Origin: Balanoglossus misakiensis
Lineage: Eukaryota; Animalia; Hemichordata
Assembly (NCBI GenBank): GCA_040954595.2
Contig: CM082595.2
Location: 5,234,137 to 5,298,136 of the forward strand
DNA length: 64,000 bases
Reading direction: 5' to 3'
The first letter of the stretch is position 1; the number at the start of each line of letters is the position of its first letter. Under the pieces are notes generated by a model. It was not told the origin of the DNA. It saw only the letters and a list, made by a program, of their open reading frames with translations, and did no database searches. The translations under genes were made by a program, and so were the position numbers. Positions 49,801 through 62,400 of the stretch are shown in pieces.

Positions 49801-52800
49801 TATTTTGAAGGCTGCCTGGTGATTATGTTTTCCACCATGTGTGAGTGACTCATCTGTGTGTTATAGGGTAGAGAACAAAAAATTATAGTTACGACCCCAT
49901 GTTGAAAATCCTGCCAGTGACTCTCTGGCCATGCTGGCCATGTACAGCTATGAAAGCAACAATAACACCAAGGCGGTGGGGGGGGGGGGGGGGGGGGGGG
50001 CAAGTTTAAAGTATTGTCCTTTCTTTTAATTGCAGATATTTTATTCACATTTGTAAGTTTTAGCTAAATGAATATTAAACATTTGCTGATAAATACTATA
50101 AGGTTATTCACAAAATACCGGGATTTATGTCCGAGTACATCGTGCAGCGCAGGTATTGTCCGAGACGCGCAGCGTCGAGGACAATACCGAAGCGTACGAT
50201 GTACGAGGACATAAATCCCGGTATTTTGTGAATAACCTTATTATTATACACCTTTTCCGGAGGTCCTTGATGAACGATAAAGAATAAATAGGCGGCTATC
50301 GGACTTTCTATTTTTCGATCGCCGCCATGATGTAATTTGCATATCGAACGCGCCTTGACCTCGCGCATCAGGTGATACTAGTGTCGAGCTGCCGACGTCT
50401 CGCGCGCGACGTTCTACGCTGCTTGCGCTGAAATGAACGCGCTCGCCTGTTCGTTCACAGATTCCTTCGACTGAAATTTCAGCGTGGATTTTGACTTATT
50501 TCGCATCTTGGGTCACCAATAATTTTGTTTAATAACGGCTGTGTACTTTTTATATAAATTTTCGTCAGAGTAGGGTTAATATCATCATTGTTTACATTGA
50601 TCACCAGTCCGAGGACGCGGAGTCCCATAACCCTGTGGGTTATGGGACTCCGCGTCCTCATTTGAATAATTATTGTACGGTGATACCGCGAATTATTGTA
50701 TTACGGAACTCCATAGGTTACAGCAGTAGGTGTATAATAACAAATGTTATTCTATGGGTGAAGTTGAACACGGTTGAACGCCATTTTTTTTCCTGAGATT
50801 TTCCTATGGGGTGGCCCATGCTGATTTTTGGGGGTCTTTACTAATAGTTGCCTCGTTTGTCTGTCTGGTGTGTCGAGACTACACTGCATAGTGCATTTAC
50901 TCACATTTACTCACTGGTGTCAATGTGTCTTCTCTCTTTTCAGGGCTTCACAACCGGGACAGCCAGCCGCTGGGTCAGCAGAGCGAGTGCAGAGCAAAAG
51001 ACTTCAACAGACGCAAGCACAGGTGGATGAGGTGAGAATGGACACCCATTGCAGGGAACAGAATTTCAGAATCAGAGTCACAGACAGTCCACTGTGATCT
51101 TAGAATTCTCTGACCATTGCGTGAAAAATAATTTCTGCTTCAGAGCCATAGACTCTGTTGTGGTCACTGTGAGCTTAAAGGGAAGTGGTCTTTGCGCCGC
51201 ATTTGTTTGTTTATAAACATTACAACCTACCCACAAATCCCTGAGATTAGATCATTCTTAGAATGAACGAAGCAGCCAACCGTAGCGTAGACTGGGCATG
51301 ACAGCAACTGAAGATCCTAGTAGGTCGTGGCTGGTACCACCACACGAGCACTAGATATTAATTAATCCAACAACTCACTGCATCTTTTTGCCAACATTTC
51401 AGGTCGTGGATATTATGAGAGTGAATGTAGATAAGGTACTAGAAAGGGATCAGAAACTCTCAGAATTGGATGACCGTGCAGGTAAGTGTTGACTGCTAGT
51501 AGAAATCAGTCTGGTCTGGATTGAAATGTTTGGATTAACCATATATGCAAAGGCAAGCTTGAACACAACATCCATCCATCTTACCAAACATACATACTCA
51601 CACACATACATACATGTACATCGATGCTGTTAGTGAAATGCGAGAACGCGAAAATCTATTGTCGTTTAACAGTTGCCTCTTTTGATACCACGAGAATTTC
51701 CTGTCACGGAAATTTCACGTTTTACAGTATCACAGGAGAACATTGGAAAAGGATGTTTGAGTCCCCCGCACTCTCTTTTATTTTCCTGAAAAATACATAA
51801 CACAGCACCCAATAATCAGTTGTCATTTTCTTTCTCAATTGTTATTTCTGTTACTTCTCCACACTCCACAATTTTTTCGGTTTTGCAGATGCATTACAAC
51901 AGGGTGCATCGCAGTTTGAGACGAATGCCGGCAAACTAAAGAGGAAGTACTGGTGGAAAAATCTCAAGATGTGGCTGATCTTAATAGCGGTTATTGTGGT
52001 TATCATTATAATCATTGTCAGTAAGTTAACATTTGGATTGCTTCCCCTGCCAACGGATTATTTCAAGCTATTCCTTAGACTCAGCAGTGATAAAAATTGT
52101 TTTCTTTTGCTATAGGAGTGGCCCCCCTGCAAGATTGTTCTCTTGCGATAGGAGTGGCCCCCCTGCAAGATTGGTCTCTTGCGATAGGAGTGGCCCCCCT
52201 GCAAGCTTTCTCCTCTTGTCCCCACATCTTTATCAGTCTTTTCTTTCCTCTCTCTCTGTCTCTATTTCTCTGTTCTCTCTATCATCTTTCTCTCACATGT
52301 CTCTCCCTATCTGTCTCCCCTTTTACCTTCCCCTGTTTCCCCCTCTTCCTATTCCCCCTCCTCCCAATTCCACTCTCCACCCATTTCTTCACATCGTTTC
52401 TCGATCCGCTACATACTGCACTTACATAGCCATTATTACAGCCATACCTGTTTCAGGACTGTCACCCCCGGGTTTTTACTCTCACACCAACCCTAACCCA
52501 CATTGGCGTGAGGAATCCATCAAGACAGCTAGTGTCCAGGGGGTGACTCTCCTGATACCATACACAACATTGCTGAACATCATTTATGTGTTTCCATGGA
52601 ATATTATTCACAATTCATCATTGCAGGTTTTTCATTCCAGTGTGTGTTTTCACATTACCGACAAAATTAAAAATATCCGTGTTGAACAAGCTGTCATACA
52701 TTGAAATTTTCAGGCATTAAAATATCAATTAAATCCCCCAGTATTTTCCTTTAAAAAAGCAAAACGAAACGAAAAACTTATTTTTGCCAAAAACATTGTT

Positions 52801-52991
52801 TATAGAAATCCTGCTATACCCCAAAAACATACATTCATGGTCTAGTCCGTCCTACCTGCTTTTGTGTGGGAGCATCCATTTGCAATATATAGGGGTGGGC
52901 AGCTTGTGTGCCATGCACCCCCACACTCGGTAACCCTGCTAATAAGTGGCTTCTGCTGTTTCCTTCACTAGTTTGGGCAACACAGGGCTAA
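43869..52991 (+). CDS. VAMP: Synaptobrevin / VAMP1-2-3-type R-SNARE. Exons 43869-43870 (AT), 50944-51031, 51403-51481, 51889-52020, 52972-52991; alternative last exon 55050-55069
   Basis: [65 protein letters not shown] followed by a transmembrane segment. Start codon forms from AT|gtaagt joined to cag|G. Confidence 0.93.
48519..48638. mobile_element. Short Tc1/pogo-like MITE
   Basis: TA-CAGTAAAACC ... GGTTTTACTG-TA. Confidence 0.7.
50098..50740. mobile_element. Palindromic non-autonomous element: 144 bp terminal hairpin plus a segment bounded by inverted repeats
   Basis: Long inverted arms at 50098-50241; TTATTATACACCT / AGGTGTATAATAA at 50241-50253 and 50728-50740; inner hairpin at 50611-50659; CpG-rich. 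Confidence 0.75.
52112..52205. repeat. 36 bp minisatellite, about 2.6 copies, in VAMP intron 4
   Basis: ataggagtggcccccctgcaag repeated three times. Confidence 0.9.
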
Positions 52992-53219
52992 GATGTAGAT
53001 GGCATGGGTAAGCACATCCGTGGTTGCATGCATTTTTAATCGTGGCTGTCATCCATTCCCTTCGTCATGTTGTATATTTGTTTTGCGATGCTTTGCCGTG
53101 GTTTTGAATTGATTGAATTCTGCCCCAAGTCTCACACACTCCCAAGCAAGTACAAGGAAACCATGCATCTCAGCAGTACCAACAAAACTGTGTTAAAAGA
53201 CAGAGAAATATTTACACAG

Positions 53220-53575
53220 TACAGTGAAACCTGTCATTACAGACACCTCTCTAATCAAGACACCTATCTCTGTTAAAGACAGATTATTCAAGACAAAAGT
53301 CACAGTTTGAATAGAATATTACCTGTCTATTAAAGGTATACGGTCACCTATGGAAAATTAACTATAGTTACCATGGCAAATTGAGATCTAGCCGATCACA
53401 GATTTTCAGTGGGTGGCACAGGTGAAAAAAAGAGCGCCACCATATGTTCTTTAGGACGCTCAAATGCGCCATTTCAGCCATATATGGGCGTATGTAAATT
53501 GGAGGTGACTGTATACCTTTAAGGACATATTTTCTGGTCCCAGGGTGCCCTCAATACTAGACAGGTTTCACTGTA
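53220..53575. mobile_element. Tc1/pogo-like MITE containing a nested family C element at 53330-53522
   Basis: Outer TA-CAGTGAAACCTGTC ... GACAGGTTTCACTG-TA; inner TTAA-AGGTATAC ... GTATACCT-TTAA. Confidence 0.82.
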
Positions 53576-54506
53576 CAGACACAGCAGAACCTAGCATTCC
53601 TTGTGGCTCTTTGGTAGCACTAGTCTAGTAGCCTTTTCGTACATTGCCGGTGTTTTCTTAGCGCTTTCGTCATACTCATTCAGAATTTTTTTGCCAGCAT
53701 GTCTAAAGCCCGCAAATCAAACAGAGACCCAATTAAATGTGTTTGCACCTTCTTGCATCAACTCATTGCTGAATTTATGTGAAAAAGGTGCTAAGATTAT
53801 ACCGGCAATGTGCTGACATTGAGTTGGCACACTACCAGTGCTTTGCAAGGTTTTGCTGTATCTGTACTGCATCCACATGGTTCTGTGGTACTGCTGGCTG
53901 CTTGTATATGTTTGACTACATCAGTGTTTCAATGTCCCAAGAACACTGGCTCTAGTCACCATGTGATTTTATTTTCAGATTAGTCGCACCCTGCTATCAT
54001 TCAAACCCCAGGCAATTACCACAAGTGCATTTTTGCAGTTTCAGTAATTTAATAGATTTAAACCAAACCATGGTTATTTAAGGGTTAAAATCATGCTTAT
54101 GATTAGAGGGCACATTATACAACCACAGCTTGGGAGTGTGAAGACTCAGCATGCAAATTCTTGCAAATCTTTTCTCTCTTTCATCATCACCCTGTAAAGG
54201 TCATGACCCATGACCCTGTAAGGTCATGACCCCCGTACCCCCCTCGGCGTCCATTCTGTCATTTGTGCATGTGACACTAACCCCTAAAATCCAAACTATG
54301 ACTTCTGTGATGACCTTTGACCTAACATCGTTTCGTGTTCGCACAGAACCGAGTGGTCGTCTGTTCTGTGTGTTGTCACCCTGTTCGTTGAGAACGTTGT
54401 TCAAATCTGTTGTAATTATAATGCTAACTTCGAGTAGAATTGTCTGATTTTTAGGTCCCATTTGTATAGGTATATATACCATTGGGACCTTATGGGATCG
54501 GTTGCG

Positions 54507-54622
54507 TCTGTCGGTCTGTCTGTCTGTCTGTCTGTCTGTATGTATGTATGTATGTATGTATGTATGTATGTATGTATGTATGTATGTATGTATGTATGTA
54601 TGTATGTATGTATGTATGTGTC

Positions 54623-54653
<31 letters not shown>

Positions 54654-54701
54654 ATGTATGTATGTATGTATGTATGTATGTATGTATGTATGTATGTATG
54701 T
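54507..54701. repeat. (TCTG)n/(TATG)n/(TG)n compound microsatellite
   Basis: Direct inspection. Confidence 0.95.
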
Positions 54702-55049
54702 TTATATAAGGCGACACTTCACTGAAGGTCTAAGTGTAGCTACATGTATTTGAAAAGTCTCGGTCAGTCTACCTTCCAACATTCATCAAATTATCTTCTA
54801 AAACGTGAAACAAAATGAGGGTCTCTGTATATAGATATGTACCTCCTTGATAGATGTACAGGTGTTTGTACAGATATATATATGACCATGGTACTGTAAC
54901 CCTCTCAGTTTCACCCCCGTTTCCCTCTGTAGTGGTCCAACTTTAATATAGAAACCAATAGCTTTGGACCAAACCATGGCTGGTTGAGGGTTCAGGGACT
55001 AGAATTTGCATTTGAAATAACCATTCTTTCTATTTTTGTCTTCTTCCAG

Positions 55050-55069
55050 TCTGGGTTGCAACACAGTGA
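55050..55069 (+). CDS. VAMP: Putative alternative terminal coding exon of VAMP (IWVATQ*)
   Basis: Strong pyrimidine tract ttctttctatttttgtcttcttccag, correct phase 1, and peptide nearly identical to the proximal exon (IWATQG*). Confidence 0.72.
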
Positions 55070-58000
55070 AGAGGTCGGAACCAGTCAATCTACAGATATC
55101 AAAAAACCAAAAAACAAAAAAACTTTACAAGAGAAAAAAAACCAGTCCGTCGTCAAGTCACTAGCAATTTGCCATCTCCACCACAAACCACCAATCTCCG
55201 GAAGAGAAGAAAAACAAAAATATTCCAGCTACCAAGATGGTATATTACCCAGCTGCAATACAATGATCTATATATATTTAACTTCTAAAAAAGATATTAA
55301 AAAAACAGACAGAGAATTATCAGTGCTGGCTATACTAGTTTCTAGTTTTCGTGGTGCAAGAATGCATATGTTGGGTGCTTGATATGTTCTGTGGTATTCA
55401 ATTGGGAGACATTTTTCAGACTATGTGTATAAAGTACGTAGACCCAGCTCCAATGTGTATTACTTTTAATTCCATGTCCACCAGAAACTAATGAAGGCTT
55501 CTGTATATATATATAAAAAGAAATCAAAGGAGTAGAATTTTACGAGGGAAATTTCAGATGTCACGGCAGTTTGTGTTTGTTATTATTAATCATTGTAGTG
55601 TACTTGAGACGTATTTCATGCAATAGGCTGCTTTTTGTGTTCATTTCTGTGTATAAAAAAAAAGAAGAAATTAACAGTTTTGGGGGAATTTAGATCTCGT
55701 GTAAATCGAGTATATTTAATGCTGATTGGTAGGCGGAGAGCGTAGTCACTTTTAGAGAGAGAGAGTGAAAATGTACTTATTGTGAGGAATTGTTGTACAG
55801 TCGAACTTACCTTACAGTTTAGGAGCCAGCCAGTAGACAACTGTGAGCTGTACAAATCTATTTAAGAGTTTTTTGCATTTCATATTTTCGTTTGTCGTCA
55901 AGAACCTGTCATCAGCTTTAGTGGGGGCTTGTGTTGTATGTACAACACCCCAATTGTTGGTTTTCCGAGTTGAATATTAATATTATATTAACAAGATGAT
56001 GATAATGATGAATTCATGGTTTTATGTATGTGGTTACTGTTACCAGGGCAATTGAGAGTCTTGAACTATTCATGTAGATTTACTTTGGTGTACTTGACAG
56101 TGTAGCAGATGGGGCTGAAGCACTGTTGGTGTGTGACTTGTGTGAAAATTCTGCCACTTCTGAAGTTGCCACAAAGTAACAAAAACTGTATGTATGGTTT
56201 AGAGTACTACCGGTAATATTGGCTGACCAACAGAGGTTTTTTTTCACCAAATCACTGATCCAAACTAAAAGAGTTAGCAGTGTCGTTTAATTTGATGCTT
56301 TTTCATATTAGGCTACGAGTTAACAATTCAAAGTAACATTTTAGTTTTCAACAGATGGTCCCTTCCACGTTTCATAATGTTGCCAAATTTTGGCGACGGT
56401 ATAGTTAATTTATTTCATTGACATTTTTCATCATTCGCAATCAATTCTCAACATCTGTAGTGGATGTCAGTGATGACTGCTGAGTTCATTGCGTCTCACG
56501 TACGTACACTAAGATTTGGGGTCCACTCTGATTGTATTCTAGCGTAACCTCGCAGAACACACTCCATATTTCTGATGGGGTCATGGTTTGTTCATTTTAT
56601 TCTTTTCAAAAGCCCAATAGTCTTTCAAAGACTAGCATAGTTGGTCACAACAACCCTCATCAGTCATACCAGTTTTTTTTAAGGAAAAAGTCTGACAATC
56701 CCATGCAATTTAATTTATACGAAAGTAAAAAAATATCTCAGACCAATTTCAAGTTTTTAATCTCACCGGGTAAAGTGAATGCCATAACTTTGTTGGCCAG
56801 AATGAACCAAAGATATTTTTCACGATTGCACACTTGTAAATGAAATCTCAATGCACGCAATTGCACATTAGGGCCAATACCAGTTTGGTTGTTTTTTTTT
56901 TGAAGAGTTGAGAAGTACAGGCAACTGATGATATGTTGTGGTAAGCCCCGAGCACACCAGCAGTGGTTCAGCGATCTATAGTTTGATGGTATAGATGAAT
57001 GAATTTATGTAACCGTCTGTTGGCAATCTGTTACGGGGCACCCTCGGTGGCCAAATTCCTGAAGTCACGCAAAAATGGCTGATGAATTTGAGTGCACTAC
57101 CACCCCTGCATCGGGGAAGTGTTCAAAGTGATTCAGTGGGAGGCTGATGAGGAAACGGAACAGCTTTGTGTTCAGATTTCAGGGTTTGGACATTGAGGGC
57201 GCTTTGTTTTGGAAAACCGAACAGGAAACGGATATTTTTCAATGTACAGTTGAAGTAGTATTGGAGTGATTGTAGTGATGCAGTGTTGTATCAATGGTTA
57301 CATTCCATTTACCAGTGTCTATTTTTTTTTTAAACAGTAAAAAACAACTTTGGTCCAAGGTGAAACATTAAGGTATCATTGATGGTTTATCATGTCAAGA
57401 TTTGAGTCCGAAATCCATTGTTTTCTACAGAAAAGTTGGTCCTCAACAATGGCAATGAAAGAGTCAATATTCCATTTGTTGCGTACACAGTTGTTCTATT
57501 CAGTTGAGTTTACTCATATGTGTGTAGAACTTCTGTGATGTACGGTCCAACATTAACCATATGCTCCAATGCTTTGTCATCAAACGTTCCATGTGGAGAG
57601 CAAGTTCTAAGTTCTGGTTGCGCTGTAAATCAGTTTACAATAACAACTAATAGAAGACAACATAAAAATATCAAATATATTATTTTTCACGTATTATTTT
57701 TGTTAAAAAGTGAGATTTCACTGTAGGAAGTGAAACAACAGACAGAAACACATGATACACCATCATTGGTATTTTTGACGTACAAAGTACCTCTTGTTTT
57801 TGAAAATAGATCATTCTGTGTATCAAACCTTTGAAAGAACCAACTGTACCAGACTTAAATTCCTGTAGCCAACATTCATTCCCCCCCCCCCCAATCCTGG
57901 TGCTGATAAGAACATCCTGAGGAATTTTGCACTCAGTAAAACCAGAACTGCCTCCCAGTATTCCAAGTTAAGTGGCTTTAATGAGCCACCCTAAGAATAT

Positions 58001-58239
58001 TATTATTTTACCAGCAAGAAACAAAGGCCGCCTAGCTGCACTTTAATTATGCACCCATCTGAAGCTAGCTTTGCTGTGTTTCCATGACGGCGCGTGAGTG
58101 ACATATCCAGGGCGAGGATACGGGTTTCACAAAAAACTAATGGAGATGTCGCAAGCAAAAGTCTGACGCAACAGACAGTTTGCAGCACGCTTGGTACACA
58201 GAATGAATTATTTAACTATTTCAGTTGGAGTGGATAGCA

Positions 58240-58750
58240 TTAAAGGGACAATGCCTGTAGCCTTTGACTTTTTTGTGTGATTGCTGTTCTTATCAGCTGC
58301 AGCTAATCCTAATCCCACAAGCTGGGCAGGTTTAACCCTATTTCACCCCCAGTTCCCCGTATAGGGGTCCAATTTTGCCATAAAAAACAACAGATTTGGA
58401 CCAAACCATGGCGGCGAAAGGGTTAACACTGTGCTATCTGCCATGCTAACAAAGCCTGCTGAGTCCGTATGTGTCAAATTAAATGTGAGTCTCTGCTTAC
58501 TCAGAACACATTCTCCGTACAGAGATTGTAGCTAACCTAGCTAGGGGGACTGGCCACACCGACAGTCAGACCCTCTAGCTCGGTTAGAATTATCCACATG
58601 TTACAGTCTCTGTACGAAGAATGCTCAGAAAACTGTGTATAACACATACACACAAACATTGTAAGATGGAGTAGAATGATAAACTGCAGTTTATACACAG
58701 AACAGAATCACTGACCTATTTATCCAAACTTACAGCCAGTGTCCCTTTAA
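58240..58750. mobile_element. Kolobok-like TTAA element with a nested family A MITE at 58332-58426
   Basis: ttaaagggaca..gc.tgta ... tacagccagtgtccctttaa; internal inverted repeat at about 58514-58619. Confidence 0.62.
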
Positions 58751-59406
58751 TAAAACCAAGCCATCCATTCCGACTGAACTGTAGAGGCAGACAATTAAAT
58801 ATGTGATTTTATTTAGGATTGGGAGTCAAATATTGCTGAGAAACTTTGTAATCTAAAAATGGTTCTGTGTTATTTTATGTATTAGGTTAGGAAGTCAAAA
58901 AAAATGTCATATTAAACTTAAAAAAAAAGAGGGTTCTGTCTCAATGTTTTTCCTGGTGTGTATTGCATTGTTTTGAGCAACGCTTGTAAACACAAGATTC
59001 CAATTTTCAAACTTAGGAGTTTTCCAATGTGTTTGCATATTGAAGTGAAGTACATTGGCTGTGATATACAGACAGGATGAAGTAAATACCAGTATAGATA
59101 CAAATGGCTGTCCTGTGTGGTTTCTGTTCGTATGGAAGATGTGTGTGTGTGTGTGTGTGTGTCTGGATTCCAGACTAAAGTGCTACCAAGTGATGTCCTG
59201 TTTCTGTGTGATCAAGCACCTGTTTGTGCTTATAATGTTTGTTTATACAGTGAAATTTAATGTTCATCTGTCAGATTCAATACTCATTATCTGGTCCCCT
59301 TCCCCATTTCTACCGCTTGGCTGCGCTGTACTACATGAAACGGGACAAGAAATCCACCACTGGTACAAATTACGCCAACCTAGGGAGTATTGTTATTGCT
59401 AAATAC

Positions 59407-59417
59407 AAAATGGCGGC
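59407..59417 (+). promoter_or_regulatory. YY1-type motif AAAATGGCGGC overlapping the DDX55 start codon
   Basis: Exact match to the YY1 consensus, a common arrangement at housekeeping-gene starts; function not demonstrated. Confidence 0.4.
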
Positions 59418-62400
59418 GTGTAGTGAGAGCACATGGGACGATCTTCCCAAAAAGCTCCACCCTTCAGTTTTAGAAACGTTGAAACATTTACAGTTCACTC
59501 ACATGACTCCAGTACAGGTAAGCGATATGAAACATTCACAACATTATGCGTGAATCACCACAAAACGGCCATTTAGAGCGTGTAATAGGCTCGTTTCGAA
59601 GATCACCACTTATGATCGTCTGCTGCAAGTGCTAGCATTTGACAATGTTTACACTACAAGACAGTCAGAGACAACTATTGAAGGGAAAATGTTCTTGCCA
59701 AATAGTTTCGTGCCAGTCTTTTATAACGTGTATTGTAATCTAGTGTGCCGATGTGTTTTTTGCCATCTGTCCAACTTCGTACGTACCCGAGCCTGGGTAT
59801 ATGGCGCCCTCAACGTGAAAATAAAACTTTGTGACCGACCATTGTTTTTCCCTAACAAGATCTGATATTATAAATTATTATTCAATGAGGTACTGTAACT
59901 GACATAGACAACTGTCATCAGAGAAATTTCTTAAATGGTCTGGGTGTTAATACATGTATTAGTTATGTTCAAACTATTCTTAGGGATTCAAGTAATTTTT
60001 CTGTTTTTTTTTTATCAAGCTACTATGATAAATTTGTGAGGTAGAACTTTATTTGAGATTATAGGGTTTGTAACATGTAAGTGTGAATACTTTCATGTTG
60101 TTTTTGTTGTCTTTACAGGCAGCATGTATACCAGTGTTTATGAGCAACAAGGACATAGCAGCAGAGGCAGTAAGTAACATGGGTCATGATTGGATGGGCT
60201 CTGTTTCACTTATCAGAGGCAGTTAGAAACAAGGGCATTGATTGGATGGGTTTGTGTCAAAATAGGAGAGATAGTAAGTACCAAAGGCTGTGATTGGATG
60301 GTTTCATCAACGGACAATGGAGAGTGCCTATAATTGAGCGTGACAAGTTTGTTTATTATTGTTGTTGTTGTCTTTGTTTATTTTTATCATGTCTACATCC
60401 AGGTCACTGGAAGTGGTAAGACGTTAGCATTTGTTATACCATTGTTGGAAATCTTGATGAAAAGATCTGAAAAGTTGAGAAAGAGAGAGGTTAGTAGACA
60501 TTGTATACAGTATATCTGTATTGATGTGTTGTCACACATTTCCCCATGCTTGGACACATAAAAGGATCCATTGTGTAGACAATAGCTGAACATGGTCAAA
60601 TTAGCAAGTTAAGTCATTGTGTATTGTGTTGCCCATACACTCAGGACAGTAGATTCTACAGTGGAACCTGTCATTACGGACACCTCTCTTGTGAAAAATC
60701 TTCATTGCAGATTGGTGCAATAATCATCACACCTACCAGAGAATTAGCCACTCAAATTGACGAAGTCTTGTCACAGTTCACAGAGAGGATACCAGACTTT
60801 ACAAAGTTGCTCCTGATTGGTGGGAGTAATCCCATCCTTGACGTCAATAAATTTTTAGAAGAAGGGTGAGTATTTGAATATAATGATGCTTTGAGGCATT
60901 ACAACTGAAACAGATCATCTGACAACAAGAGTCAGACCTTGTCAGTGGGCTTTCGGCCTGTTGGTTCTGAATAAATAAATAAGTCTGTGTGTGAGTATGT
61001 TCAGTGATCAGTCATGACTTGCTTTGATTTAGTTTGACATCTGTATAGTATCCATGAAACATCATGGTAGTGTTGTAATTTGCACTGCCTTCCCCCTGTT
61101 TCATACTGTGTGGCCTGTGCATTAACCCTTTCATCACAATGGTTTGGTCCAAATCTATTGTTCACAGTAGCAGTGTTTGACCTTTCTACATGGAAATGGG
61201 GGTGCACGGCAAATCAGGATTGCAGACCATGTGGATTCTGATGGACTTCGACTGATCCCATCATTAGGTTGTCCACCTGTGATAAGAACCTACCATCATG
61301 TTCGGTGTTTTCTGTTTCTCTCCTCCAGTGGCAACATCATCACAGGAACCCCAGGGAGAATTCTGGATTTGTTTCACCGTAAACAGGATGGCGTTGACTT
61401 GGCTGGCTACGTTCGAACGCTGGAAATTTTAGTGTTGGACGAGGCAGACAGATTACTAGATTTAGGCTTTGAGAACAGGTAGATACCCATTGTTCTGAAA
61501 ATACTGTAAAACACTTTATTTTCGCGAGTCAAAATTTTCGCGATATCGATAGAGGCCACTGTTTCGCGAGTATTAATTTTCGCGTTCTCTTATTTCATTC
61601 ACTGCTTCGTTATCTTCAAAAAAAAATTGCGCGACATTTTATTTTCACGCTATTTTGGCTCTCACGTATTTCACGAAAATTTATTGCTCGCGAAAATAAA
61701 GTGTTTTACAGTAGTCACATCATAATCAGTCTAGTAGATAGCATGGGCCCTGGCAATTGATTTAGCTGTTTGATGGGCGCATTTGAAAAACTACAGCCTG
61801 GACTTCTCTGCAGTAATATCCCTGAAGTCACACACTGTACATGGACATGTCATGACACACAAATATTTCAACTGATTCTTAATCTAAGTTAATTGACAAC
61901 ACTTTGTTTCCTTGTTATTTTTCTTGACAGTATAAATCAGATTTTAAGTTATTTACCGAAGCAGAGGCGAACAGGGCTCTTTTCGGCGACACAAACTGAC
62001 GAAGTTGAGAGTCTTATCAGAGCTGGGCTTCGAAATCCTGTCAGGGTTGCTGTGAAGGAAAAACAGGCACAGTCTCAGGTGAGAATGGAGTGTTTTCTGA
62101 ATTACACTTACATGGTTTAGTTGAAAGCTGCCAATCTTCTAGTGGAAGATGATACCACTAGAGGGAGCAATAACTCTCTGAGACCTGGGGAATGTTGTTG
62201 TGGTCTATTGTTGTCTTTTTAGATGAGAAATTACATTAAAGTGAAGGGGTCGTCGCGCCGCATTTGTTTATAAACATTACAATTCATCCACAACAAATTA
62301 GATCATTCTTAGAATGAACGAAGCAGCCAACTGCAGTGTAGACTGGGCATGGCAGCAACTGAAGATCCTAGTAGGTCGTGGCGACTGCAGTGGGGTTTGC

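Noticed and set aside
44000-50000. Possible nested gene or alternative AT|GT first exons in VAMP intron 1 (e.g. near 44857, 49298)
   Set aside because: Only short ORFs with no phase-consistent exon chain; candidate donors lack promoter-like context.
51889-51960. ETNAGKL in place of vertebrate ETSAAKL near clostridial toxin cleavage sites
   Set aside because: The Q-F and Q-K-L sites are intact, and as I recall an A-G here is common in invertebrate synaptobrevins.
52033-52704. 223 aa ORF after the VAMP transmembrane exon
   Set aside because: Built from a 36 bp minisatellite and a CT-rich tract; no recognisable domain.
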